Part shown: piece after piece, positions 52,301-64,000 of the stretch | Numbering within the stretch: the first letter of the stretch is position 1 | Layout: each line of letters starts with the position of its first letter | Assembly (NCBI GenBank): GCA_002633005.1 | Contig: NMRA01000495.1 | Location: 98,837 to 162,836 of the forward strand | Direction of reading: 5' to 3' | Length of the DNA: 64,000 nucleotides | DNA from: Phoronis australis | Taxonomy: Eukaryota; Animalia; Phoronida | Translations under genes and position numbers: made by a program | Notes under the pieces: model-generated | What the model saw: the letters and a program-made list of their open reading frames with translations, nothing else | Databases searched by the model: none | What the model was told of the DNA's origin: nothing

Positions 52301-55300
52301 CAGCACAACAGCTAACTAGTAACATGTTCTTTAAAAAGAAGCTCTCAACTAATGACATCATACCAAGACGACCAATTCTGTGAACTAATGTATGCAGTGA
52401 TCCTGTTGGATGGTGCAGAACATACCAGAAGTGTGCTTGTGTGTCAATGAATTTTACTTAGTAAATTCTGGAAGAGACCTTAGAAGTCTTTGTTTGGTAA
52501 TGATGTATTAAAAGTGGCTTGTTATATATTTGCCCACAGAGGTCACTGTAATGTGACTGAGTGGGTGGAATGCCTTAATTTGTAAAAAATCATATTCCAA
52601 GCTTGAAGAACATAGAGACTTATAAACTAGGAAAAGGGCTGAGAGTATAACTTTAAGTAAGTACACCTCACCTGTTAGTGTATCAGAGCATGTGTCTCCT
52701 TTATATCCCACAGGACAGCTGCAACGCGCCTGTGAACCGTCTATGTAACATGATCCACCGTTCCGACACATGGTGCTGGCAGGCGGAGCTTCGCACAGCG
52801 TCAAGTTACAAAACTCACCTGCAAGTTAATCCACAAACAACAAAACATTAACATCACACAGATGGATAAAACTAAGCTCTGGAGTTTTACTTCATGCAAA
52901 TATTAATGAATCAATTGAAATTTCATTAACAGACCACATTAAACTTTCGCTGTATTTCAGTAACAAAAAAATTCAAAGCGTGACTTTCCAATGAAGGTTA
53001 CTTTAAATATTGCATCAGTTGTGGCTAAAAATCAACTATTAACAAATATTGNNNNNNNNNNNNNNNNNNNNNNNNNNNNNNNNNNNNNNNNNNNNNNNNN
53101 NNNNNNNNNNNNNNNNNNNNNNNNNNNNNNNNNNNNNNNNNNNNNNNNNNNNNNNNNNNNNNNNNNNNNNNNNNNNNNNNNNNNNNNNNNNNNNNNNNNN
53201 NNNNNNNNNNNNNNNNNNNNNNNNNNNNNNNNNNNNNNNNNNNNNNNNNNNNNNNNNNNNNNNNNNNNNNNNNNNNNNNNNNNNNNNNNNNNNNNGGTGG
53301 GGCAGCTATTGGTTCAGACTATTACACAATCTGTACATAAAGTAGGGACTCCTACACTCTGATGGGCTACTAGCCAAGCCTCTCATGTCAGTCAATGCTG
53401 TTGACAAAAAATAGCACTTTCTGACAGCTCAGTATTTGAGAAATTAAATACATCGGTTTGTATTAATGCAGGCATATCCACACAGAACACATTAGCACTT
53501 TCAACATGCATTTGCCATTGTTTATGCAAGTGGTGTGGAATATCGGAGAAGCAATGAGGATCGAGAACTTAGATATGGAACACCAGCATATCGAACGTAA
53601 CACGATATAATTCTTTAGAGGAAGTAACGTCAAGAGATTTTATACAAATGGTACATCCATTGCATTTATCTTGATTACGTTTTAAAACTTACGTCTATTT
53701 TATGAAGGAATGTGATAACAAAGTCTCAGCCTTTAATTCTAAGTGCTTTATAATAATAATAATAACAATAATTCTAAGCCATTTGTATGCCAGTTCAAAC
53801 AGCCCATATTTTGAGACAGTATAAATTTTGTGGTTCAAACTTCTTAGTTAAAACCCGAACCACTCAACAGAGGGAGTTTGATTTAATTGATAGGGAGTTG
53901 AGTCATGATCTCATGCTGAGTTGAATAGCATTCTTAGTGTGCTGACATGTGGCCCACGACTTTCGAAAAAAGCAGCGAACAATTCAAACATAACATTCTT
54001 TAAATGCAAAAACAAGTCAGTTTACTTGGAGTCCCCAAAATATAATATCCTGTCATTTAAACATCCCGAACATTGAATAGCAAATCTGTGTCATTCATTT
54101 CTGTCACTTTTTGTACCAAACATTCAATAATCTCCCTCATCCAATCATTGATCATTCAAAATGAAAGATTTCTAAGCTCAAATAACACCTTTCTAGCTTT
54201 AAGCTTTTCTTTTTAACTCCTAGCAAGACTTCACCATTTAGTAGAACTCAACAAAATACTCAATTTTTGCAATATAGAACTCTCCAGAAAGTGCTTATGA
54301 AGAGGTTTATTTATTACCAGTTTGATAAATACAGTCTTCGTAGGCTTCAAGACCCCTACACTAAAAGCAACATGTTACTGGGGACAATCTATGAAAGGAT
54401 GGCTTTTTCATAAAAGCTCCCTACGCATGGGACATTTTTGATAGTGCTTAATCTCTGAAAGAATAGGATTTCAACTTGCCAAGGTTCCACAAGAGTGAGT
54501 GAAAAATGAGGGTCATAGGAGCTTTAAAGGGATGTTGCCAAGGTTACACACTAACAATTATGAATTGAAAGTTCGCCAAATTTAAAGACAAAGCTATTTA
54601 GACCAGCACAACAGCTAACTAGTAACATGTTCTTTAAAATAAGCTCTCAACTAATGACATCATACCAAGACAACCAATTCTGTGAACTAATGTATGCAGT
54701 GATCCTGTTGGATGGTGCAGAACATACCAGAAGTGTGCTTGTCTGTCAATGAATTTTACTTAGTAAATTCTGGAAGAGACCTTAGAAGTCTTTGTTTGGT
54801 AATGATGTATTAAGTGGCTTGTTACATATTTGCCCACAGAGGTCACTGTAATGTGACTGAGTGGGTGGAATGCCTTAATTTGTGAAAAAAAATCATATTC
54901 CAAGCTTGAAGAACATAGAGACTTATAAACTAGGAAAAGGGCTGAGAGTATACCTTTAAGTAAGTACACCTTACCTGTTAGTGTATCAGAGCACGTGTCT
55001 CCTTTATATCCCACAGGACAGCTGCAACGCGCCTGTGAACCGTCTATGTAACATGATCCACCGTTCCGACACATGGTGCTGGCAGGCGGAGCTTCGCACA
55101 GCGTCAAGTTACAAAACTCACCTGCAAGTTAATCCACAAACAACAAAACATTAACATCACACAGGTGGATAAAACTAAGCTCTGGAGTTTTACTTCATGC
55201 AAATATTAATGAATCAATTGAAATTTCATTAACAGACCACATTAAACTTTCGCTGTATTTCAGTAACAAAAAAATTCAAAGCGTGACTTTCCAATGAAGG

Positions 55301-58300
55301 TTACTTTAAATATTGCATCAGTTGTGGCTAAAAATCAACTATTAACAAATATTGCCCATTTAGTTTCAACTCCGGAGGTTTCCAAATCCAGACATCAATC
55401 TTATGCATTATTGAGTGTTTGTGCACTTTTTTGTCTTACATAGTCACAACTTGCACGCCAATTAACTACCACGATGGTGAACCATTCGTCACGACAGAAA
55501 TATTGGACAACAAACCAAATCCAATTGTCCAATTGTCATCGTATTTTATCAGAGAAAATGACCCCAACCTAAGCTTTGATGATGGATTCAACAAACAGTT
55601 AAAAATCACTAGTTTCATTGAATGATATTGCAATTTATTATAGCCGGTGTTTAATTGGTGCGAAGTCAGCACTTGTGTGGTAATTGCCCAGCTCCACACA
55701 AAAGGAACTAATAGATCAGTGGTCTTGATGAGGAGAATTGAAGATGCCAGCGATTCTAGTATAAATCTGTTGATGAAGTGCAAGGTGCCATGAAATGGGC
55801 TGGAATTCCAATGGCCCAAAAACTAAAAGCAAGCACACTCGCTTTGCTTTGCTTACACTCAAACACATCTAATTACTTTTCATCAAAAACCTATGAACTG
55901 ATTCTGTTTAGCTTGCCAGTCATTTCTTGGGGCTACTAAATTAAATCTGGGGGCACTTTGAGCTGCTCCCGATCAAACAGTAATTCCCTCCCCCAAGTCG
56001 CCACAATTGTCCCCAATGTTAGCATAGCTTTCAAGGGTCGTTGTAGCAACACTGCTGGCTAAGCTCTTCAGGACATACCGGCAGCTTCAGGAGGACACAA
56101 ACAACGATATCCAGGGACAGGTTGGACGTTCTCCTGGCAGGTGGAGCCACGGGCACACTCGTGACTTTCGCAATATCTGACTGGACACTGGCTGACTGAA
56201 TAACCACCAGATGGAGCTGTCAAATCAAGGTTCCTCGATTCCACAGCAACGCTCCGTATACACCCATGGAATCCTGTTGAACAGAAAATGTGCTTTTATT
56301 ATTACTTCCTCCGTAGTTTTAAACCCAGAAAAGGATTGTGATACTTTTCTAAAAACTGTCTGAAATGTAAAACAGATTTTTTAAGTTTAATCGTATAAAG
56401 TACCTAATTTTTTCACCAAGATGATGTAAATACCAAAAATGTTTGACAACAGCCAAGTGTTATACTGTTACCTTAATTTCATCAGCGACTGGAAGATGGC
56501 GCATCATGCGCTATCACAACAACAAAACTTCTCTCACAACTCAACAGGTTCATAGGTCACTATCATGCTGAGGAAGGTCAACAACATGCTGCCTGCAGCT
56601 CCACCTATAAGTCAACAACTCTAAGTTTCACAATACCTTGCACAGAGAGCAGCAGGTCTGTAGGAACCCCTCCTATGTATGTGACATCACCATAGTCCAT
56701 ACTGACACTGCCTGCTGGAGATGTCCCGCGGATGACATCACCATCATCCACTCGCAACGATCCTTCCCGGTCTGAACGGGTCAGTGTGACCTTGTGCCAG
56801 ACATCCATGGTTAAACGCTGACCACTGGTGAGACTGACAGAGCCTGACCCGAGGTTGTAGGTGAACTTTGCATGACCATTCTCAAGTTCCAGTGCTGGAA
56901 AACGTATCAATAGTGGATCAATTACAATTAAACAAGCTGTTTTTACAGACATATATTCATAGAAGAACAGGGCACAAAAGATGGAGCTGCAGAACAGGAT
57001 GGAGTGCAAGATAACATACAGCAACTTCAACAGGAAACACACATCTCTTGCATTGTGGGAACATAAAAACGTCTTGTTGAAAACAAATTTTCTTATTCTA
57101 GCAAACTAAACGAGCTGAATTGACACAGACAAAGCTCCATTTCTTTCATTCACTGACATTTTGCAACATTGTACTTTTTGTGTGAATAACTTTAAATTTA
57201 AGAATATCCCACAAAATAACAGTGGCACTATGATGGCATAAAGATCGCAAAAATGAAAAATGGTTTGAAATCCCTCTCCCTTAAATCTCCATTCAAATCA
57301 CATGAGTGAACTGCAGATGGCGCTGAACATTGTCCACCAAGAACTCTATCGCCATCTAGTGATAAAGCACATTTTCATTATGTTGTTGCTAATACATTGT
57401 AGAATGGCTAGCAACAATAAAAGCTGAAACGGTCACTTGTTAATGTTCTAGCAAGTAGTATTATGTGTACTCACCAAATGAGTCTGGACTCTTGGCATTG
57501 TACAATACAATGCCAGTGTGGTTAACAGGCTTTATCTCTATGGAAAAGTCTGTTCTCCTGGATCTTGTGAAAATGCTGGAGAATGTCAGATATCCGTCTC
57601 CAGTGAAGAAGGGCTGGCTGATGGGCGTTACTAAAACCAAAATTGTCCAAAATCAATTTACATTGTTTATAACTGCAATGAAGCAAGCATTAAAAGATTT
57701 TAATGTAAGCTGACAAGTCTATTCATATTCATATTCACATCACTGCTGTTACTGACACCAAAACAATCAAAAATCAATTATTATTACAATTATTGCAAAG
57801 AAGCAAACTTCGGTATAAACTGTTTACCTACTTATATTTAGCAAATTGTCTGAGACACTGGTCATGCGACAGAAAACCAAAAGTTGATTGACCTGTTTCT
57901 CAGATTTTCTTCATTCACATGTTCACCAAAATTTTAAACAGAAACATTTGGACAACCAAACCACAAACTAGACTGAAGCAATTGGTGCACCTGTCCAATA
58001 CAAAAATATCATCATGATAAAAGTAGTTTTCTTGTCATGGAGCTCTTTTCTAACTGAAGTCATGGAAATGTACCTTGGGAACACGTCTGCCCACTGAACC
58101 CCACAGGACAAGTGCAGCTGCTGCTTGTGTCACTAATGACATGACACTGTCCACGCTGACTACAGGTGGTGCTTGTGCATGGTGTGTTGGCACACTGAGC
58201 GATCCCCCGACCGCCAGTGGCTTCATGCCAGGAGATGGACTGGACACGATCACCTCCAATCTACAAAGAACCAAAAAATCAATACACGACATCAAACTTA

Positions 58301-60592
58301 GAGCCACTGTTACAAGTAGTTGTACCCTTTTTGATTGATTTCTGTAACACCCTTGCGTACAACACAAATTAGCTAACCAATCGCAACAGAAGCACTGGTT
58401 GTCAGGATGATTACGCAATTCTTGTTTCCACGAGCGAAGTGTTTTACTTTTGAGGCAACATGATGTTTTCTCACAAGCTGTTTTCTTTTCAAATATGCCA
58501 CAATGCTTTTACACACACATTTTTTTCTCATAAGCCACGGTATAAAAATAAAAAATAAAATGAAAAAGATGACAACTGAAAAAAATTAAATTCGTTCACA
58601 ACTTGAAATACTCGAATGTAGAATAAGGGACACATTCTAAAACATTTTCCATAATTAAACACTGAAAGTCTTACTTTAAATTCTTGAATACATCCAATGA
58701 ATCCCTGTTGAAATCCCACGTCACTTTGTAGAAGGTTATAGTCAGGAGCGCCCCCTAGTAGGAGCTTTGAAGAAACACTAAGACCTTGCGATGCTCCTGC
58801 AATGAATGTAAAACATTAGCTTTTTATTATTATCTTATTTTGCTCACATAAGTACAGAAAATGCAAGAAAAAACACAAGACAAAGAGAATATTAAATAAA
58901 AGAACAAGTGAAAACACAGATAGCACAAACAGTCAGAGAGTAATTTCCACTGTGGTCTGAAGTTACAATAATTAGATGCTAAGAAAAGTTTCAACCAATG
59001 GTTACCATAGAAATGCATGACAAGGCAATTGAGTGGGTGCAAAAATCATTGCAAAATATCAGTCTGTCATTAGTAATAATGAACAGTCAGACAATCATTA
59101 ATACCAGACACATATTTCAATGCAAAAATCAATTTAAGTTGCACTATAAAGCGAAAATAATTGTTCTCACACTTATACATAATGCACTCTTATGACAAAA
59201 TTCCATATTAAATTTCCATCTTCCATAGAAAATTCAGGAACCTTTAATCCACAACAAATTAAGAGTGACACTTGCAATCATTATCATTTAACACACCATG
59301 TAACAATTTCTGATAACATTCAGACATACATGTCAATCAAGCAATACTCCAATTTTAGACCAGAAACACTCTTTGACGAAAACAAAGATTCTCACGACTC
59401 TTCCGTGATATTTCATAAAAATTTAGAGATTTTCCGAGGCAAAAACAAAATTCCAAGACTTTTCCAGTCTGTACAAACCATGAAACACAAAAAGAACACT
59501 TACAGTGGAAACATGTGTACAGCCAGACACACAATTCAATGGGCCATAATAAGCAATACAACTAAACCTCGCTTTAGTCCAGCCATCACATTGGTAACAT
59601 TTCCCAAGCCTATTTCTGGAACAAGGCTGGCCAGTAACCACGGTACAAAGGGTTCAGGCTTCAATAATCCTGACCTCTGGGTTGGACATTTCCCCAGGGG
59701 TGGAGAGTATGATCAGACTGTCACTAGAGGCCTCCTAAGGCTTAATATGCTTCACGATGCAAGAAATGTCACGCAACCAAAAAAGCGTAATCTGTACCTG
59801 GCCCGTCAGTGGAGAACTCCTGGCCTTCAGTAATAAGTGAAAGTGACCGTCCGTTTCTCGAGATCCTGACAGAGTACCATTGATTCAGCTGAGTACGTGG
59901 ACCTCTCAACACAGCAGTGCCAGAGCCTACAAAATTATTCCTTTTTAAATGAAAGGGCTATATTACAAGTGACTGAGTTTAGTACCTTTCATTCCATCCA
60001 TTAAATACTGTCTGTAAAAACATTGGTAGTCTTGATTTTTACAGCCAAAATAAATGACATAAAACATTAAGGTATAAGAAAAATATATAACAAAATTTCC
60101 TCGACAGATCATAAAATGCTTTTAAAATCATGGTATTTAACCTATGACTAATAAGTAAAAATTGTTGTTTGAACTAACCCAGATTCATGCGAACTTCCAT
60201 TACTGAGGAAGTCAAACCAAATGACAAAAAGTCGCCATCCTTTGTCCCCTGCGACATGTAACAAATAAGGCCATCTGAAGCGCCAGTGCGAAATGTTAAC
60301 AGGATGTTTGTGACAGTTGCGACACCTGTGGGTGGATTTAACTCCAGAAATGACGGTCCTCTAAAGAATGGAACAGTGCTTCTCAAATCTGAAATAACAT
60401 CAATTCATTTGTAAAGTAAACACTTTTAAACATTTCGAAAATAAAACATTTTCAATCTTAAAGGTCAAAATATTCAGTCTCCTTTATGAGAACATATCTA
60501 TTGAAACAAGAGAGACAAACTTTTGCTCAACTGATCATGAGCCCCCATAGAAAGCAGTGTGAACTGATGGGCCTACCCTCATTGTAAATATT

Positions 60593-60638
<46 letters not shown>

Positions 60639-63267
60639 AATAAAATATGAATTCACAAAGATCATGTCTTAAAACTCCATGTAGTGCCACCTGGTTTAGG
60701 TTCATGGTTTGATTTCAGTTTAATATTAATAGCAACTTAGCATTTCTAATTACATCTTATAACGCCTGATTGTAATTCATTGATTGCTTCTACAGGATGA
60801 TTCGGTACCACTAACTAGACAATGATTTATGCCCGCTTGTGACCATGGCTTGACATAATTATGGTGGCGCAGGACTTTAAAGAGAGGAAATATCCAGGAC
60901 CCCATGGAGAATAGAGGAAAACTGACGTCTATAATCCTGTCTCAACAATATGAAGTAAACAAATGATAGAATAGAGAATTGATGGATTACAGGAAATAAA
61001 ATCTATTCTCACCAAGAGTTTCATTGCAGTACTGGCCAGCACGGGACAGAGGACAGAGACAGTAGAACCCAGATCCTATTGGGATGCATGTTGAGCCCGC
61101 CGCACATTCATTGTTCTGGTGGCAGCCATCTTTGACGTATTCGCAGTTCATCCCATGATGCAACGCATCGCAGACGCATGTGTACGAGCCAGGGCTGGAT
61201 GTGCAGTTGCCGTGGATACAGGGGTCGGCTGTACTGTTACAGAGTTCAGCGTCACACTGAGTAATGTTGGAACTACTCGCAGCTGAGTCGGGACTGAAAA
61301 CATACGGGAGAAGACTGAATAACAAATTGTTATTGAATAACAAATTGTTATTCAGTGAGTGTCACAAATTAAAGTAAAACCTAGAAAATAAATTATGTGA
61401 AGGCTTCAGCAAGATTTAGATGTTCATATCATATCTTACAAAATTAGTAGAAAGAGGAAATCAGAATTTGTAAATTCCTTGAGAGAAAAGATTATGCGCC
61501 ATTTGTGACCAACACATTGTAGAAGATGAATATAATTTATTACGAATTAAGACCAAATTTCAAGATTATAGTACGCATGAACTACGAAATAACCTTAGAA
61601 AATGTCATGCTGACATGAGATAAAATTTAAATTAAGCAATTGAAAGTATTAGTTAGCAGCTGGAAACAGAAGAGACGAATGGAGATTGTTACATACTGAG
61701 TAGAACAAAGAAATAACCTTAATATTACAGACTGAGTGTAGAATTTGTTAAAAATTAGTTCAACACTGTTTTGTTATCCAATATTAAAACTAGTTTTGCC
61801 ATCTAGCCAAAATTTTCAGCAGAGTATAGCATCTTTTCCTATGACAGCAACAACTGTAAATTTCATTTTGCGTTTTGGCCGTTGCATAGTATTAACCAAT
61901 TGAATATTATCAGGCATTGCACGAACCCCGTACTATATATATTACATTCCATATTTGCAGGGTTCCCAAAATGGCCAGTGTCATTGAATGTACAAACAAC
62001 CTTACATTTGGGGTAATGAGCAATGTCCTGAATACAGTCAAAGGGTTCTTTTTCTACCATAAAAGATTCCGGGTAATTCTCTTCAAAGCATTTCTACATT
62101 GAACAGCCCACTCCTACCTGAACTTCACTCCATCAATGCTCACTTGCAGCACACAACCACTGAGACCTCGTGCAACACCAGTGCGTGTCATGACACGTGT
62201 CATATCTGGAACACCACCAACATGCACGCAGCCATCTGTGTTGAGCGCCTCCAATGATCCTGTGGCTCCACCTTGTGTTGTGCTGAGAAACAAAAGAACA
62301 GAGGGTGTAATGGCTGAACAAATTAAAAAGACTGATGTTTACGCTTGCATCTCAACACATTGGTTTCATATTACAATATTGCTTCATTACGTAACAATTT
62401 CCACATCCTGAATTCAACTCTCCTCTTCATAGAGGTAAAACATGCATTGCGTGACTGATCGAGTTTTCGTAAGGTAAGAACGGAACTTTTGAGCCAAGTC
62501 AGACAAATGAAGAACAATATAGTGTGCCAGCAGTTTACAGCTGTCACACATTAAGTACTCTTAGGACGCGCGGCATTGTGAATAAATGCCGCAGAATTAC
62601 AGAAGACATTGTGATATTCTTGAGGTGGCTACTAGAGGATCAGTGTTGGCGAAACGGTGATAATCTGAGATCAGCCTCTGTGCGAATTTAAACCCACAAT
62701 CCCCGTGGTGAAAGTCTAACGCTATGCTGGTAGAGTTAAACTTAACATGATAAATCACAAACACACAATGTATTTTAATTATTATTAATTGTTTCATAGC
62801 TATGGTCAATGCTAATAACTTATCAAAAGTCAAATCCTTCAATCAATAATCCTAAAAATTAATGCATTTTTCAGTCTTAAACCAACAAAACCAACAATGG
62901 CCCTTTAATGACTTACAGAAATGAACATACTTAGAGAAATGATGAGATGTCATCAATTTCTACCACTTCCTAATGAAGACCCAAGGTAACAAGTGGGGTG
63001 ATTTTCACATGGATAAATGAATCGTCTCAATTACTACTCAAGCACTGTGACAGTAACATCGTGATATTAATGTTCCCTATCCTTCAAGTTGAGCAGCTAC
63101 GCAGTAATGGCATTTCTTGCATAATAACTAAGTTATGTTAAAAAACTAAAAAATTCACCTGTAGCCTGCCACGATTAACTGAGCCCGAGTCCCATTCCTT
63201 TCAACAATAGCAGACAACCAAGTGTGCAAAGGTAATAGTTCACTCGTTAAGACACCATCACCGGCAC
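46172..63267 (-). CDS. EYS: EYS (eyes shut)-like laminin-G/EGF extracellular protein, 3' part; gene continues beyond the window
   Basis: complement join(63267-63159,62282-62118,61293-61013,60388-60179,59926-59798,58796-58675,58260-58074,57630-57475,56894-56637,56273-56079,55121-54975,50771-50699,49956-49881,49404-49352,48912-48826,47595-47477,46353-46172), ~848 codons, phases consistent. Domain order LamG-EGF-EGF-LamG-EGF-LamG-EGF-EGF-LamG-stop with no TM segment. Four or more C-terminal LamG domains favour EYS over agrin, perlecan or pikachurin (three each). Orthology is inferred. Confidence 0.75.
46989..47380 (+). mobile_element. possible DINE-1/Helentron-like interspersed repeat remnant
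   Basis: aacaagagc start and ...ccaaattttatgaagatcc...ggacagagatgacgg end resemble common invertebrate non-autonomous repeats (recognised from memory only). Confidence 0.3.
47477..47595 (-). CDS. EYS-like exon (LamG)
   Basis: ...GDSKQLDTTESKVFI(G); AAG acceptor chosen because the phase fits; gtatgg donor. Confidence 0.75.
48826..48912 (-). CDS. EYS-like exon (LamG)
   Basis: SIKLGSQPLNFTLQSTDVTSDQYFLLKCER. Confidence 0.8.
49352..49404 (-). CDS. EYS-like exon (LamG)
   Basis: LTEDYFTLGVKNGQVYA. Confidence 0.88.
49881..49956 (-). CDS. EYS-like exon (LamG)
   Basis: VEVTFKTSLKTGLLLWFGK. Confidence 0.9.
50699..50771 (-). CDS. EYS-like exon (last LamG start)
   Basis: APKFNLAKFYTPRSFLAF; ttctag acceptor, gtaaag donor. 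Confidence 0.8.
50983..53051. repeat. ~2.06 kb direct duplication, copy A (copy B at 53296-55354)
   Basis: Colinear and near-identical with scattered SNPs and indels; ends exactly at the N gap. Confidence 0.95.
52672..52818 (-). CDS. EYS-like exon (EGF), duplicate copy A (probably the other allele)
   Basis: Same protein as 54975-55121; one synonymous change (ACA/ACG) and donor gtgagg instead of gtaagg. Confidence 0.7.
53052..53295. other. assembly gap (244 N)
   Basis: run of n. Confidence 1.
53296..55354. repeat. ~2.06 kb direct duplication, copy B
   Basis: Starts exactly after the gap with ggtggggcagctattgg and ends attaacaaatattg, as copy A does. Confidence 0.95.
54975..55121 (-). CDS. 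EYS-like exon (EGF), copy B
   Basis: GEFC...CRNGGSCYIDGSQARCSCPVGYKGDTC. Confidence 0.9.
56079..56273 (-). CDS. EYS-like exon (LamG end plus EGF)
   Basis: GFHGCIRSV...CARGSTC...GYRCLCPP. Confidence 0.9.
56637..56894 (-). CDS. EYS-like exon (LamG)
   Basis: ALELENGHAKFTYNLGSG...WHKVTLTRSDREGSLRVDD...YIGGVP. Confidence 0.93.
57475..57630 (-). CDS. EYS-like exon (LamG start)
   Basis: PFFTGDGYLTF...IEIKPVNHTGIVLY. Confidence 0.9.
58074..58260 (-). CDS. EYS-like exon (EGF)
   Basis: PCTSTTCSQRGQC...CTCPVGFSGQTC. Confidence 0.9.
58675..58796 (-). CDS. EYS-like exon (LamG end)
   Basis: LLLGGAPDY...GFIGCIQEFK. Confidence 0.9.
59798..59926 (-). CDS. EYS-like exon (LamG)
   Basis: GSGTAVLRGPRTQLNQWYSVRISRNGR. 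Confidence 0.9.
60179..60388 (-). CDS. EYS-like exon (LamG start)
   Basis: PFFRGPSFLEL...LTFRTGASDGLICY...GDFLSFGL...RMNLG. Confidence 0.92.
60598..60636. repeat. (AAT)n microsatellite
   Basis: direct reading. Confidence 0.95.
61013..61293 (-). CDS. EYS-like exon (two EGF)
   Basis: PCIHGNCTSSPGSYTCVC..HGMNC; CAAGSTCIPIGSGFYCLCPLSRAGQYC. Confidence 0.92.
62118..62282 (-). CDS. EYS-like exon (LamG end)
   Basis: LNTDGCVHVGGVP...GLSGCVLQVSIDG. Confidence 0.9.
63159..63267 (-). CDS. EYS-like exon (LamG)
   Basis: GAGDGVLTSELLPLHTWLSAIVERNGTRAQLIV. Confidence 0.85.
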
Positions 63268-64000
63268 CTGTCAAAATTTAATTCTCAGTTGAAATAACAG
63301 TCATCAGTGACCGCTCAGATGTGAACTGATTTACTATGATAGCAAGCTTTATTATCAATGAGAATGACATATCAAAAGGATGGCTAGGTGTACGGTGAAA
63401 TCTCATCCTTTCAGAGTGGATGATTTTTATTTTTGCAGATACGAAGCATCAAGTCAACTGAAGGAACTATTAGACAATGTTCGGAAATTTGAAGGCAATT
63501 AAAGAAAAAGTTGGTGAAATTCTATGGTATAAGGAAAATGCTGATCTTGTTGAAACATGTGATTATTTTCACAGCGTTTTAAAGATTGATGCATAAATCT
63601 CTCAGTAAGTTGCATTTAGAATCTTGATCAGCCATTTTTGAGATATGATGATGCCAAATTAGCCAAAGTTTGAAGTTTTCCTAGGGTTATTCATAACCTT
63701 AAATGCTATCCGGAACTCGCAAACTCAGTGTTTCAAAGAATTGAACATTAGACCATCACAAAGGCAATGCCAAATTTTGTTTAGTCAACAATTATCTTCA
63801 CTTCATGACCAGAGCTGCATTCCACAGACTCTAAAATTTGTGATCATGCAAGTCTCAGCGAGATATCGCCATGCATTGCAAGAGAAACTGGTGAACACAC
63901 AAGCTTTTCTTGCAGGTGTTTTGCGTCGACGGAATGCTACCCAGGTAATCACGTTTGTGCTAAATAGATTTCATAATTCTAAACATTACATACCAAGATT

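Noticed and set aside
52991-53362. ORFs containing X runs
   Set aside because: Artefacts of the N gap.
59192-59833. 213-aa plus-strand ORF
   Set aside because: Intronic and antisense to the EYS-like gene, with no domain-like content.

Overview
Eukaryotic genomic DNA, most likely from a heterozygous marine invertebrate (AT-rich, GT-AG introns, one scaffold gap); most ORFs in the track are noise or single exons. I rebuilt three spliced genes by hand, and all junction phases are consistent. (1) PIGW/GWT1 GPI inositol acyltransferase on +, 7 exons at 1402-8462, 5' end not established. (2) A complete 8-exon, 519-aa gene on - (25214-10521) joining a SAMD1-type CpG-binding winged helix, an H15-like second winged helix, an AT-hook-like motif, a KAT6/DPF-type double PHD finger and a SAMD1-type SAM domain, with no MYST domain. 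This SAMD1/KAT6 'missing link' architecture is the most interesting feature. (3) The 3' part of an EYS-like laminin-G/EGF gene on -, 17 exons at 63267-46172, with a ~2.06 kb false-looking duplication flanking an N gap. The ~18 kb between genes 2 and 3 is CpG-rich and holds MITEs (two CATG-ended families with 5-bp TSDs, plus Harbinger-like elements), a decayed THAP domain and a possible Harbinger transposase remnant. Family assignments rest on recalled motifs, not database searches.
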